Positions 1-10,445 of a stretch of DNA of 31,032 nucleotides are shown piece by piece. The position numbers and the translations under genes were made by a program. Position 1 is the stretch's first letter; each line of letters starts with the position of its first letter. The notes below the pieces were generated by a model. The model saw only the letters and a program-made list of their open reading frames with translations, ran no database searches and had not been told where the DNA came from. The stretch is from Deltaproteobacteria bacterium (GTDB lineage: Bacteria > Myxococcota_A > UBA9160 > UBA6930). The stretch is from NCBI GenBank assembly GCA_031396315.1, contig JANNKN010000220.1, positions 1-31,032 of the forward strand, written 5' to 3'.

Positions 1-819
1 CAGGAATGCGACGTTTATCAGGGCATCTTCGCGCGCGGCCGCGACGCCTTCGACGCGTTCCAGCGCCAGGTCGAGCCCGGCGCCGAGCGGCCGGGAACCA
101 TCCCGGGCGCGGCGCGCTGCACGGCGCACCGCATCGGCGACGTCGCGATCGTCGCGCTCGACTTGCGCAGCGAACGCACTGAGCGGCAGATCCTCAGCGC
201 GGCGAGCTGGGCAGCGGCGCTGGCTGGCATCACCGCGGCCGCAGCGAACGGACCGAAGCACCTGCTGCTGATCACGAGCACGCCGGTGGTTTGGCCCCGC
301 GCGGGCTTCCTGCAGGGCCTACTCGAGGCGATTCCCGGCGAGCAGAAGCTCGAGGACGACCTGCGCGATTTCTGGTCGAGCGATGCGCATCAGATCGAGC
401 GCAAGAACCTGCTGAAGCACCTGTTCGCCGTCGCGAACGAGCAGCGCTGCCGCGTGACGATCGTCTCGGGCGACGTGCACTTCGCGGCGCTCGGACTCGC
501 GCGCACGACGCGCATCCCGAACGCGCGACCGAACGCCTGCGTGATCAACATCTTGATCTCGTCCGCAATCGTTCACACGCCGCCGCCCGGAATCGCCGCC
601 TTCGCGCTGAAGACGTTCGCGAGGACCGACGAGCTACAGCGCGGCCTCACCGCGCGCATGATCGAGTTCCCCAACAAGGACGTGCGCTTCGTCGCGAAGC
701 GCAACTGGCTGCGCATCAGCGCGCAGCCGCCGGGCACGCCGAGCGCGCTGCTCGCCGAGTGGTTCGTCGAGCAGCACGAAGGCGCGCGCTTCGAGAAGGA
801 CATCGACCCAGTGCTGTGA
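1..819 (+). CDS. PhoD-like (alkaline phosphatase D family) metallophosphatase, C-terminal part, 5'-truncated by window edge
   Basis: Frame 1 is open from base 1 (QECDVYQGIF...ALDLRSERT) to TGA at 817-819. Motifs DLRSERT, LLITSTPVV and IVSGDVH resemble PhoD-like phosphatases. Confidence 0.6.
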   Translation, partial: QECDVYQGIFARGRDAFDAFQRQVEPGAERPGTIPGAARCTAHRIGDVAIVALDLRSERTERQILSAASWAAALAGITAAAANGPKHLLLITSTPVVWPRAGFLQGLLEAIPGEQKLEDDLRDFWSSDAHQIERKNLLKHLFAVANEQRCRVTIVSGDVHFAALGLARTTRIPNARPNACVINILISSAIVHTPPPGIAAFALKTFARTDELQRGLTARMIEFPNKDVRFVAKRNWLRISAQPPGTPSALLAEWFVEQHEGARFEKDIDPVL

Positions 820-822
820 GCT

Positions 823-1266
823 TCATTTCTTGCGCGGCTTGCTCGGCGGCGCAGTTCTCCGCGGCTCCGCCTTCGCCGCAGGCTCGGCCTTCGCGGCCGT
901 GGCCTTTGCGTTCCGCGACGGTCGCTTGGCGCTGGGCGCCTTCTGCACTTGCTTCTCTGCGTGGACGATTCCGCGCGCGATCCACGCTTGCAGATCCGCG
1001 TCTTCCTCGAAGCCGGCCGGCGCAACCTGAACGAAGCCGCGCATCGGACGCCCCGTGAAATCCATCGCGCGCGCGTGGGGCTGCGCGACGGCCTCATCGT
1101 GTGCGCCCGGCCCGACGCGCACCATCAGCTCGTCGCGGATGACTCCCGCCGCCATGTTGCCGTTCGCGAGGAACACGACACCGCCGAACATTTTCTTCTC
1201 GCTGATGCGCGGGTCGTCTTGAAGCAGCTCGCGAATGCGCTGCGCGAGCCCTTCGTCGTAAGGCAT
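823..1266 (-). CDS. TfoX/Sxy N-terminal domain protein with Lys/Ala/Pro-rich C-terminal tail
   Basis: MPYDEGLAQRIRE...EKKMFGGVVFLANGNM...LMVRVGP...MDFTGRPMRGFV is a typical TfoX_N pattern. GGAGG lies upstream of ATG at 1266. Confidence 0.85.
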   Translation of the reverse strand: MPYDEGLAQRIRELLQDDPRISEKKMFGGVVFLANGNMAAGVIRDELMVRVGPGAHDEAVAQPHARAMDFTGRPMRGFVQVAPAGFEEDADLQAWIARGIVHAEKQVQKAPSAKRPSRNAKATAAKAEPAAKAEPRRTAPPSKPRKK

Positions 1267-1285
1267 GTGGGGCCTCCTCCAGCGC

Positions 1286-2737
1286 TCAGCCCTGCGCCGC
1301 GTGCCTCCCCGCTCTTCTTCCGAAGAACGTGCTCTCACCGATGCAGGTGCCGCTCGAATAGCCCTTGCCGTCTTGCGCGATGTTCGAGGCGCACGCGCCG
1401 GCCGCATAGAGGCCCCGGATCGGCGACGCGTCGGGCCGTAACACCTCGCCGTCGCGCGAGACGCGCAGGCCGCCCAGCGTGAACGTGCGGAACGCGCCGC
1501 TGCCGAGGGAGCCGCGCAGCGCCGCGAGCGGCGGCTTGTCGAGCGGCTTCAGCCATTTGGCGTGCTTGTGGAACTCGGGATCTTCCTTCTTCGCGGCGTT
1601 CGCGTTGTAGTCCGCGAGCGTCTTCTGCAGCGCACCCTTCGGCATGCCGAGGTCCGCCTCCATCGCGGCCACGTCTTCCCAGGCATCGACGACGTCCCAG
1701 CCGCCGAACTCGGGGCGCCCGAAGCATTCTTCGTCGACGATCAGGTACGCCTCGGCGTCGGGCTGCAGTGTGATCTCGATGCTCGAACGCGAGTGGTAGA
1801 CGTCTTCCGCGACAAAGCGTTTGCCGAGCTTGTTGACGAGGATGCCCTTCAGCAGCTTCTCGGGGGGATAGAACGGATAGGTGATCAGGGCGCCCGCCAT
1901 GTGCAGCGCCTCGCCGCCCGCTGCCAGGCCGAGCTGGATGCCGGCGCCGTCGTCGTTCGGCGTGTATTGGCGCTCGAGTCGCGCATCCAGCAGGTGCGGC
2001 GCGTATTTCCCCAACATCTGCTCGTTGTTGGTGAAGTGGCCCGTTGCGAGCACGACTCCCTTGCGCGCGCGAACCGTGCGCTCCTTTTCGAAGTTGCGCA
2101 TGCGCACGCCGACGATGCGATCGCCGTCGCGCACGAGCTCGCGCACCCAGCTCTCGATCTCGATGCGCGCGCCCAATTCCTTCGCCCGCGCGATCAACAC
2201 CTCCATCATCTTCGCGCCGCCCGCGTGGCCCTCGAGCGCCACCTTGTGCCCGCGCGGTGCCGGCTTCGCCTGCTCCCGGTACGGCCAGGCTTCCTCGTTG
2301 CCGCTCCAGATCAAGCACTCGTCCGTCATTTGGAGCACGTGCTTGCCCTTGAACATCGTGTCGTTGAACGGCACGCCCTGGGCGAGCAACCAATCGAAGT
2401 GCGCGACGCTCTCGCTGCAATACAGCTGGATCTTGTCGCGATCGGGATCTGGTGTGTTCGCGATCAGGTACTTCTCCATGTCCAGGGCCGTGTCCGCGAC
2501 GCCGACCGCCCGCTGGACGCGCGTGCCGCCGCCCGCGTACACGTGACCCGCCGCCATCGACGTCACGCCGCCGCCGCCACTCGCGCGCTCGAGCACCAGC
2601 ACGCTCGCGCCGGCGAGGCGCGCCTCGATCGCGGCGCACGCGCCTGCGCAGCCGAGGCCTGCGATCACGACGTCCACCTCGTCGTCCCACTTCGAGATCT
2701 CGCGCGCGTCGATCACGCGGTATTCGTGCGCTGCCAT
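1286..2737 (-). CDS. FAD-binding-2 family oxidoreductase, 3-ketosteroid delta4-(5alpha)-dehydrogenase-like
   Basis: N-terminal dinucleotide-binding motif DVVIAGLGCAG, then VLATG, TLGGLRV and GLYAAG. C-terminal GYSSGTCIG carries the Tyr-x-Ser pair seen in delta4-KSTDs. GGAGG precedes ATG at 2737. Confidence 0.8.
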   Translation of the reverse strand: MAAHEYRVIDAREISKWDDEVDVVIAGLGCAGACAAIEARLAGASVLVLERASGGGGVTSMAAGHVYAGGGTRVQRAVGVADTALDMEKYLIANTPDPDRDKIQLYCSESVAHFDWLLAQGVPFNDTMFKGKHVLQMTDECLIWSGNEEAWPYREQAKPAPRGHKVALEGHAGGAKMMEVLIARAKELGARIEIESWVRELVRDGDRIVGVRMRNFEKERTVRARKGVVLATGHFTNNEQMLGKYAPHLLDARLERQYTPNDDGAGIQLGLAAGGEALHMAGALITYPFYPPEKLLKGILVNKLGKRFVAEDVYHSRSSIEITLQPDAEAYLIVDEECFGRPEFGGWDVVDAWEDVAAMEADLGMPKGALQKTLADYNANAAKKEDPEFHKHAKWLKPLDKPPLAALRGSLGSGAFRTFTLGGLRVSRDGEVLRPDASPIRGLYAAGACASNIAQDGKGYSSGTCIGESTFFGRRAGRHAAQG

Positions 2738-2853
2738 CGCTGCCTCCGTGCCCAACTGAGCGGCGGCGTACGCTAACGCGCGTGGCCACCGGCGTGCGTG
2801 CTACCTGAGCTGCCGGCATTTCGCAGCCGGCACGCGCAGGTCCAGGAGACGAA

Positions 2854-3663
2854 TTGACCCGCCCCTACATCCGAATCGAGAAGCCGCGGCCGCACACGAG
2901 CGTGATCGTGCTGGACCGCCCCGAACGCATGAACTCGATGTCGTTCGACCAGATGGTTCCGCTCGCCGAGGCGATCGAGGAAGTCGCTGCCGACAACGAC
3001 ACGTGGTGCGTCGTGCTCACGGGCGTCGGGCGCGGCTTCTGCTCGGGCGCGGACACACAGCATGGCGGGCCGCCTCCGAACATCGCGGGCATGACGCTGA
3101 CGCGCATCGCGACGCGCTCGATGTCGATCCTCGCGGATCTCGTGCCCGCGCTGCGGCGCATGCCGCAGCCGGTGATTGCAGCGATCAACGGCGCGGCGAT
3201 CGGCGGCGGCATGTGCCTCACGCTCGGCGCCGACATCCGCATCGCGGGCGCGTCCGCCTACTTCCGCGCAGCGGGTATCAACAACGGCCTCACCGCGACC
3301 GAGCTCGGGCTCTCGTTCTTATTGCCGCGCGCGATAGGATCGTCGCGAGCGTTCGAGATCATGCTGTCCGGGCGCGACGTCGACGCGAACGAGGCCGCCG
3401 CAATCGGACTCGTCTCGCGCACCGTTCCCGACGACAGACTGATGGACGAAGCGCTCGCGCTCGCGGACACCATCAACGGCTGGAGCACGCAGGGCGTGCA
3501 GCTCACCAAGAAGATGATGTGGTCGGGCCTCGAGACGGCGAGCCTCGCGGCCGCGATCGAACTCGAAAGCCACACGCAGCTCTACGTGCGCCTGACGACG
3601 AAGAACTTCGAAGAGGCGGTGCTCGCGCGCAAGGAGAAGCGGGCGCCCGACTTCAAGGATTGA
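2854..3663 (+). CDS. Enoyl-CoA hydratase/isomerase (crotonase), EchA12-like
   Basis: FCSGAD, IAAINGAAIGGG and YFRAAGINNGLTATELGLSFLLPRAIGSSRAFEIML closely recall mycobacterial EchA12. TTG start with AGGAG upstream. Confidence 0.9.
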   Translation: MTRPYIRIEKPRPHTSVIVLDRPERMNSMSFDQMVPLAEAIEEVAADNDTWCVVLTGVGRGFCSGADTQHGGPPPNIAGMTLTRIATRSMSILADLVPALRRMPQPVIAAINGAAIGGGMCLTLGADIRIAGASAYFRAAGINNGLTATELGLSFLLPRAIGSSRAFEIMLSGRDVDANEAAAIGLVSRTVPDDRLMDEALALADTINGWSTQGVQLTKKMMWSGLETASLAAAIELESHTQLYVRLTTKNFEEAVLARKEKRAPDFKD

Positions 3664-3916
3664 CCGCGATCAGGGCATCTCCGCCGAGGGGGACGGTCTT
3701 CGCGGTATCGACGCCGCGGCAGACGGGGTGCTCGTGAGCACAGGCACGATTCGCAACAGCGGAGTGACATCCACGACCGAGTTCGCGCTCGCCTTGGGCA
3801 CAGGCGGCGGCTATCGCGAGGTGGTGATCACGAGCACGAACGGCGGGAACAGCGCCAGCGTCTTGGGCAGAGTGAACCTCGGCAACAATCTCTGCCAGGG
3901 CGTTCCCTGCCCGTAG
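3662..3916 (+). pseudogene. Start-less C-terminal remnant of a probable secreted beta-helix-type protein
   Basis: Frame 2 reads DRDQGISAEGDGLRGIDAAADGVLVSTGTIRNSG...GGGYREVVITSTNGGNSASVLGRVNLGNNLCQGVPCP*. It is Gly/Asn/Thr/Ser-rich and protein-like. There is no convincing start with RBS, and an upstream in-frame TGA (3593) lies inside the crotonase gene. Confidence 0.5.
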
Positions 3917-4084
3917 TCGCCTCTCCTCGGGCGTCTCGGTCGGCGGTGCGCCCACGATCCCGGCGCCGGGCGCGACCTCTGCTCATGCGCTGACGGCTCG
4001 CCGCAGCGCGGACCGCGCGGCCCCAGCTGGGGCGCGCGGGCGCGGCGCGGCGCCACGGGTCGCGCGATCCTGCGGCGCAAACGC

Positions 4085-4101
4085 GGGGCACATCGCTTGC
4101 A
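4085..4101 (+). promoter_or_regulatory. Putative sigma-54 (-24/-12) promoter for the monooxygenase
   Basis: GGGGCACATCGCTTGCA: GG(4087-88)-N10-GC(4099-100) with GGCAC and TTGCA, about 60 nt upstream of ATG 4163. Confidence 0.55.
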
Positions 4102-4162
4102 CCGCGAGGGCACGGATCGCGACGCGATGTCGCGCGCGAATCCACAACGCGAGGAACGCGAC

Positions 4163-5665
4163 ATGGCGGCGAGCAGCAGCACGGGAACGAACGGCGCAGC
4201 GCAGCGAGTGGAACACTTCGACGTGCTGATCGTGGGCGCGGGCATCTCGGGCGTGGGCGGCGCGGTGCATCTCCAGCAGCAGTGCCCCGGCACGCGCTTC
4301 GTCGTGCTCGACGCGCTCGAGAGCTACGGCGGCACCTGGCACACGCATACCTACCCCGGCATCCGCTCCGACAGCGACCTCTACACCTTCGGCTACCGCT
4401 TCAAGCCGTGGACGACGGCGCCGATCGCGACCGCCGACGAGATCCGCAAGTACATGGGTGAGGTGATCGCCGAGCACGATCTCGGGAAGCACATCCGCTA
4501 CCGCCACCGCATCACACACGCGAGCTGGTCGAGCCGCAACAACCAGTGGAGCGTCGAGGCGACGCGCACCGACACCCAGGAGAAGCTCCACCTCACCACG
4601 AGCTTTCTGTGGATGTGCCAGGGCTACTACCGCCACGCGCAGGGCTACACGCCCGAGTGGATGGACATGGCGAAGTTCCGCGGAAAGATCGTGCACCCGC
4701 AAACGTGGCCGAAGGATCTCGACACCCGCGACAAGAACGTGCTCGTCATTGGATCGGGCGCGACCACCGCGACCGTGGTGCCCGCGATCGCCGCCGACAC
4801 GAAGCACACCACGGTGCTGCAGCGCTCGCCGACCTACTTCATGCCGGCGCAGAATCGCAACGAGCTGGCAGACACGCTGCGCGAGCTCGAGGTCGACGAG
4901 ACGTGGATCCACGAGATCGTGCGGCGCAAGATCCTGCGCGACCAGCACCTGCTGACGCAGCGCTGCCTCGAGCAGGGCGACGCGGTGAAGGAGGAGCTGC
5001 TCGCGGCCGCGCGCGCGTTCCTGCCCGACGAAACCGTGAAGCAGCACTTCACGCCGAAGTACCGCCCCTGGCAGCAGCGCCTCGCGTTCATTCCCGACGG
5101 CGACCTGTTCAAGGGCATCCAGTCGGGCAAGGCGTCGATGGTCACGGACGAGATCGAGCGCTTCACCGAGCGAGGCGTGCTGCTGAAGTCGGGCCGCGAG
5201 CTGGAGGCCGACATCATCGTCACCGCCACCGGCTTCGACATCAGCATCCTCGGCGACATCGCGTTCACGATCGACGGCAAGCCGCTCGACCTCCACGACA
5301 CGGTCACCTACCGCGGCATGATGTTCACCGGTGTGCCGAACTTGTTGTGGGTGTTCGGCTATTTCCGCGCGAGCTGGACACTGCGCGCCGACCTGCTCGG
5401 CGACTTCGTGTGCCGCCTGCTGAACCACATGCGTGCGACGGGCAAGCGGCGCATCGGCGTGACGCTGCGGCCCGAGGATTCCGGCATGCCGCTCCACGAC
5501 TGGATCGACCCTGACAACTTCAACCCCGGCTACTTGATGCGCTCGTTGCACCTGCTGCCGAAGCGCGGCGACAAGCCCGAGTGGCAGCACACCCAGGACT
5601 ACTGGCGCGAGAAGGACGAGATCCCCGCGATCGACCTGAATGGCAAGGAGTTCGTGTACGGCTGA
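4163..5665 (+). CDS. Flavin-containing / Baeyer-Villiger monooxygenase (EthA-like)
   Basis: GAGISG Rossmann motif, GGTW...YPGIRSDS, BVMO fingerprint FRGKIVHPQTWP, second Rossmann VIGSGAT and ATG motif. GAGGA upstream of ATG 4163. Confidence 0.92.
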   Translation: MAASSSTGTNGAAQRVEHFDVLIVGAGISGVGGAVHLQQQCPGTRFVVLDALESYGGTWHTHTYPGIRSDSDLYTFGYRFKPWTTAPIATADEIRKYMGEVIAEHDLGKHIRYRHRITHASWSSRNNQWSVEATRTDTQEKLHLTTSFLWMCQGYYRHAQGYTPEWMDMAKFRGKIVHPQTWPKDLDTRDKNVLVIGSGATTATVVPAIAADTKHTTVLQRSPTYFMPAQNRNELADTLRELEVDETWIHEIVRRKILRDQHLLTQRCLEQGDAVKEELLAAARAFLPDETVKQHFTPKYRPWQQRLAFIPDGDLFKGIQSGKASMVTDEIERFTERGVLLKSGRELEADIIVTATGFDISILGDIAFTIDGKPLDLHDTVTYRGMMFTGVPNLLWVFGYFRASWTLRADLLGDFVCRLLNHMRATGKRRIGVTLRPEDSGMPLHDWIDPDNFNPGYLMRSLHLLPKRGDKPEWQHTQDYWREKDEIPAIDLNGKEFVYG

Positions 5666-5677
5666 GGCGCGACGCCG

Positions 5678-6109
5678 TCAGCTGCGCGCGCGCTCAGCGA
5701 GCGCGGCGTAGAGCGCGTCGTAGAGAAACGACGCTCGCTCGACGGTGTCGTGATCGTCGCGCGCGACGAGCGGAAAACCGCGCGACAGCAGCTTCAAGCC
5801 CGCAGCCTCGGCCACGAGCGCTTCCTCGCCGGCGACGTCGGCTGCGTGGACGATGCGCGCGAGTTCGCCGAGCACGGGATCCGCGAGGCCGTACGCCGCA
5901 AGGATCTGCTCGAACGAAGTGACCCCGCCCGCATTCGAGAAGCGCGCCCCCGGTGCGTCGAAGCCGATCGCGCCTTCGTCGCGTTCGACGCGCGCGACCG
6001 CCTCCGGCTCGACGAACACGAACTCCGCCTCGCGGTCGACGAAGCGGCGCACCAGCCACGCGGTCGCGGTTCGGTTGACGCGAATGTGCCTGCGAGTCAC
6101 CCAGCGCAT
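5678..6109 (-). CDS. Chromate resistance protein ChrB-like (C-terminal domain only)
   Basis: MRWVTR...AWLVRRFVDREAEFVFV...FDAPG...SFEQIL...LARIVHAAD...EAAGL...DD...LYDALY matches the standalone ChrB_C pattern. Confidence 0.8.
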   Translation of the reverse strand: MRWVTRRHIRVNRTATAWLVRRFVDREAEFVFVEPEAVARVERDEGAIGFDAPGARFSNAGGVTSFEQILAAYGLADPVLGELARIVHAADVAGEEALVAEAAGLKLLSRGFPLVARDDHDTVERASFLYDALYAALAERARS

Positions 6110-6128
6110 GCGCTGCGCAACGGAGCTG

Positions 6129-7820
<1,692 letters not shown>

Positions 7821-7875
7821 GCTGTGCCTCCATGCGCGCCGTGCGCGCGACGCGAGGCAAGCTACCACGGCCCGG

Positions 7876-7891
7876 TGACCGATCGGGGTCA
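7876..7891. promoter_or_regulatory. Palindromic operator-like site TGACC-N6-GGTCA between divergent hydrolase genes
   Basis: TGACCgatcggGGTCA in the 7821-7942 intergenic region, 18 nt upstream of a TATGCT -10-like hexamer (7910-7915, + strand). Confidence 0.4.
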
Positions 7892-7942
7892 GGCCTCGAT
7901 CGACCACACTATGCTCGCGAGAAGCCAAGGACTGGAGACGTG

Positions 7943-9370
7943 ATGCAGGACTACGAGCACTACGACGGACTCGGGCTCGCCGCGCTGGTGAAGAAGCGCG
8001 CCGTCTCGCCCAGCGAGCTGCTGGAGGCGGCGATCGCGCGCTGCGAAGAGCGCAACCCCGCCATCAACGCGGTCGTGATCCCGATGCTCGAGCAAGCGCG
8101 CACGGCCGCGAAGGCGGACGTGCCGAAGGGTGCGTTCGAGGGCGTGCCGTTCCTGCTGAAGGACCTGCATCTGAACGTGCCTGGCGTGCGCACCACGAAT
8201 GGCTCCTCGCTCTACGCCGACAACCTGCCCGCGAACGAGAGCGAGCTCGTCGCGCGCTACCGGCGCGCGGGGCTCGTGGTGTTCGGGAAGAGCGCGTCCC
8301 CAGAGTTCGGGCTCACGTGCACCACGGAGTCGCGCATCTTCGGGCAGACGAAGAATCCGTGGAACCTCGAGCACACGTCGGGCGGCTCTTCGGGCGGCGC
8401 GTCGGCAGCGGTCGCCGCGGGAATCGTGCCGCTCGCCAACGCGAGCGACGGCGGCGGCTCGATCCGCATCCCCGCGAGCTGCTGCGGGCTGTTCGGCATG
8501 AAGCCGACGCGCGGCCGCACGCCGCTCGGGCCCGACTCGGGTGAAGGCTGGAGCGGCATGAGCTGCGTGCACGCCGTAACAAGAACCGTGCGCGACAGCG
8601 CGGCGCTGCTCGACGCTACGGCCGGCCCCGACCTCGGCGCGCCCTACGCCGCGCAGCCGCCGCTGCGCCCGTGGCTCGCGGAAGTGGGCGCGCACCCGGG
8701 ACGCTTGCGCATCGCGCTCGACACCGAAACCTGGAACGACGCGGCCACGCATCCCGATTGCCGCGCCGCCGCCGAGGACGCCGCGAAGCTGTGCGAGTCA
8801 TTAGGGCATCACGTCGAGCGTGCGCGTTTCGCGCCGAGCAGCATCGCGGAGCTGCGCAAGGCCGCGCTCACGGTGATCGCCGCAAACATCCGCTGGTCGA
8901 TCGAAGCCGGCGCGCGCAAGCTCGGCCGCGAGCCGAAGCCCGACGACGTCGAGCCCGCCACGTGGCTCGTGGCGGGGCTCTCGAAGGCGCTGGATGCAGT
9001 CGCCTACGCCGACGCGACCAAGGTGCTCCACCGCACCGGCCGCGAGCTCGCGCGCTTCCTCACGAAGGTCGACGTGCTGCTCTCGCCGACGATGGGCACG
9101 CCGCCGCCGAAGCTCGGCGTACTCTCGCTCTCTGCGCCCGATCTGCAGCAACAGACGCGCGTGTTGATGGAGGCGACCGGCTATACGCAGCTCGCCAACA
9201 CCGCCGGCACGCCGGCGATGAGCGTGCCGCTCTGGTGGAACGCAGCGGGCCTCCCGATCGGCGTGCAATTCATTGGGCGCCACAACGACGAGGCGACGCT
9301 GTTTCGCCTCGCGGCGCAGCTGGAGAGAGCGCGGCCCTGGTTCGGGAGACGAGCCGCATTGGCTTCGTGA
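7943..9370 (+). CDS. Amidase signature family enzyme
   Basis: PFLLKDL (catalytic Lys), GGSSGGASAA and SDGGGSIRIPASCCG (Ser-cisSer-Lys triad). GGAG upstream. Confidence 0.93.
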   Translation: MQDYEHYDGLGLAALVKKRAVSPSELLEAAIARCEERNPAINAVVIPMLEQARTAAKADVPKGAFEGVPFLLKDLHLNVPGVRTTNGSSLYADNLPANESELVARYRRAGLVVFGKSASPEFGLTCTTESRIFGQTKNPWNLEHTSGGSSGGASAAVAAGIVPLANASDGGGSIRIPASCCGLFGMKPTRGRTPLGPDSGEGWSGMSCVHAVTRTVRDSAALLDATAGPDLGAPYAAQPPLRPWLAEVGAHPGRLRIALDTETWNDAATHPDCRAAAEDAAKLCESLGHHVERARFAPSSIAELRKAALTVIAANIRWSIEAGARKLGREPKPDDVEPATWLVAGLSKALDAVAYADATKVLHRTGRELARFLTKVDVLLSPTMGTPPPKLGVLSLSAPDLQQQTRVLMEATGYTQLANTAGTPAMSVPLWWNAAGLPIGVQFIGRHNDEATLFRLAAQLERARPWFGRRAALAS

Positions 9371-9416
9371 GAAGCGGGGGCCTGAACACATTCCTCTGGT
9401 TGATCGGGAGACGCGC

Positions 9417-10295
9417 ATGAGCACACTCGAAATCACCCGCCTCGCGGGCTCTCTTGGCGCGGAGGTGCGCGGAATCGACCTCGCGCGGGCGGATGCATCC
9501 GACGCCGAGCGCATCCGCGCACTGCTGCTCGAGCACTGTGTGCTCTTCTTCCCGGGGCAGCAGCTCACGGTCGAGCAGCACGTGGCGCTCGGCCGACACT
9601 TCGGGCCGCTCGAGGCGCATCCCAATCTGAAGAACCCGTTCACGCAGCATCCCGAGCTGTTCGAGCTCGCGGCGACCCACGGCGGCATCGCCGACGAGTG
9701 GCACACGGATCTCACGTTCCTGGCGTCACCGTCGCAGATGTCGATCCTGCGCATGGTGAAGTGCCCGCCCGTCGGCGGCGACACGATGTTTACGAATCTG
9801 TGCGCCGCCTACGACGCGCTCTCGCCGCCGCTACGCGAGCTCTGCGACGGACTGAGCGCGCTGCACGACGCGCATCCGCACGGCAAGCCGGACCTAATGA
9901 CCGTACACCCCGTCGTGCGCGTTCACCCGGACACCGGCAAGCGCGCGCTCTACGTGAATGAGCACTTCACGCGGCGGATCGTCGAGCTGTCGGCGCCCGA
10001 GAGCGACGCACTGCTCGCGTTCCTCACGCGCTGGGTGCACGAGGAGCGCTTCACCGTGCGCTACCGCTGGAGCGAGGGCACGATCGCGTTCTGGGACAAC
10101 CGCTGCACCCAGCACTTCGTGGTCGCGGACTTCTCAGGCCAGCGCATCATCCAGCGCGTGACGGTGATGGGAGATCAGCCGAAGGGCAACGACCCGCGCT
10201 GGCCCGCGTGGAAGCCGAATGTGATGAGCGCGCAGACGCGCCACGATCGTCAACTACTGAAGTGGCTTTCGGACCGCGACAAGAAGGCCGACTGA
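9417..10295 (+). CDS. TauD/TfdA family Fe(II)/2-oxoglutarate dioxygenase
   Basis: LGAEVRGIDL, WHTD (HxD), GGDTMF, HPVVRVHPDTGKRALYVN and WDNRCTQH. GGGAG upstream of ATG 9417. Confidence 0.92.
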   Translation: MSTLEITRLAGSLGAEVRGIDLARADASDAERIRALLLEHCVLFFPGQQLTVEQHVALGRHFGPLEAHPNLKNPFTQHPELFELAATHGGIADEWHTDLTFLASPSQMSILRMVKCPPVGGDTMFTNLCAAYDALSPPLRELCDGLSALHDAHPHGKPDLMTVHPVVRVHPDTGKRALYVNEHFTRRIVELSAPESDALLAFLTRWVHEERFTVRYRWSEGTIAFWDNRCTQHFVVADFSGQRIIQRVTVMGDQPKGNDPRWPAWKPNVMSAQTRHDRQLLKWLSDRDKKAD

Positions 10296-10345
10296 GCAGC
10301 GAGTCGCCGGGCGAGCACACGGCCCCTGCGTGCCGCCCAGCGAAT

Positions 10346-10370
10346 CAGCGGCGGCTCCGGCCGCCCGCTG
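10346..10370. terminator. GC-rich hairpin between convergent tauD-like and tesB genes
   Basis: CAGCGG-CGGC-(TCCG)-GCCG-C-CCGCTG, a 10-bp stem with one bulge and no U-tract. Confidence 0.3.
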
Positions 10371-10445
10371 CATTCGCAAAGCACGACGCTCGATCCGGCA
10401 GGGTCGAAACGCGTGGCGGTCACGCCTGGAGCGAGCCGAATGCCC

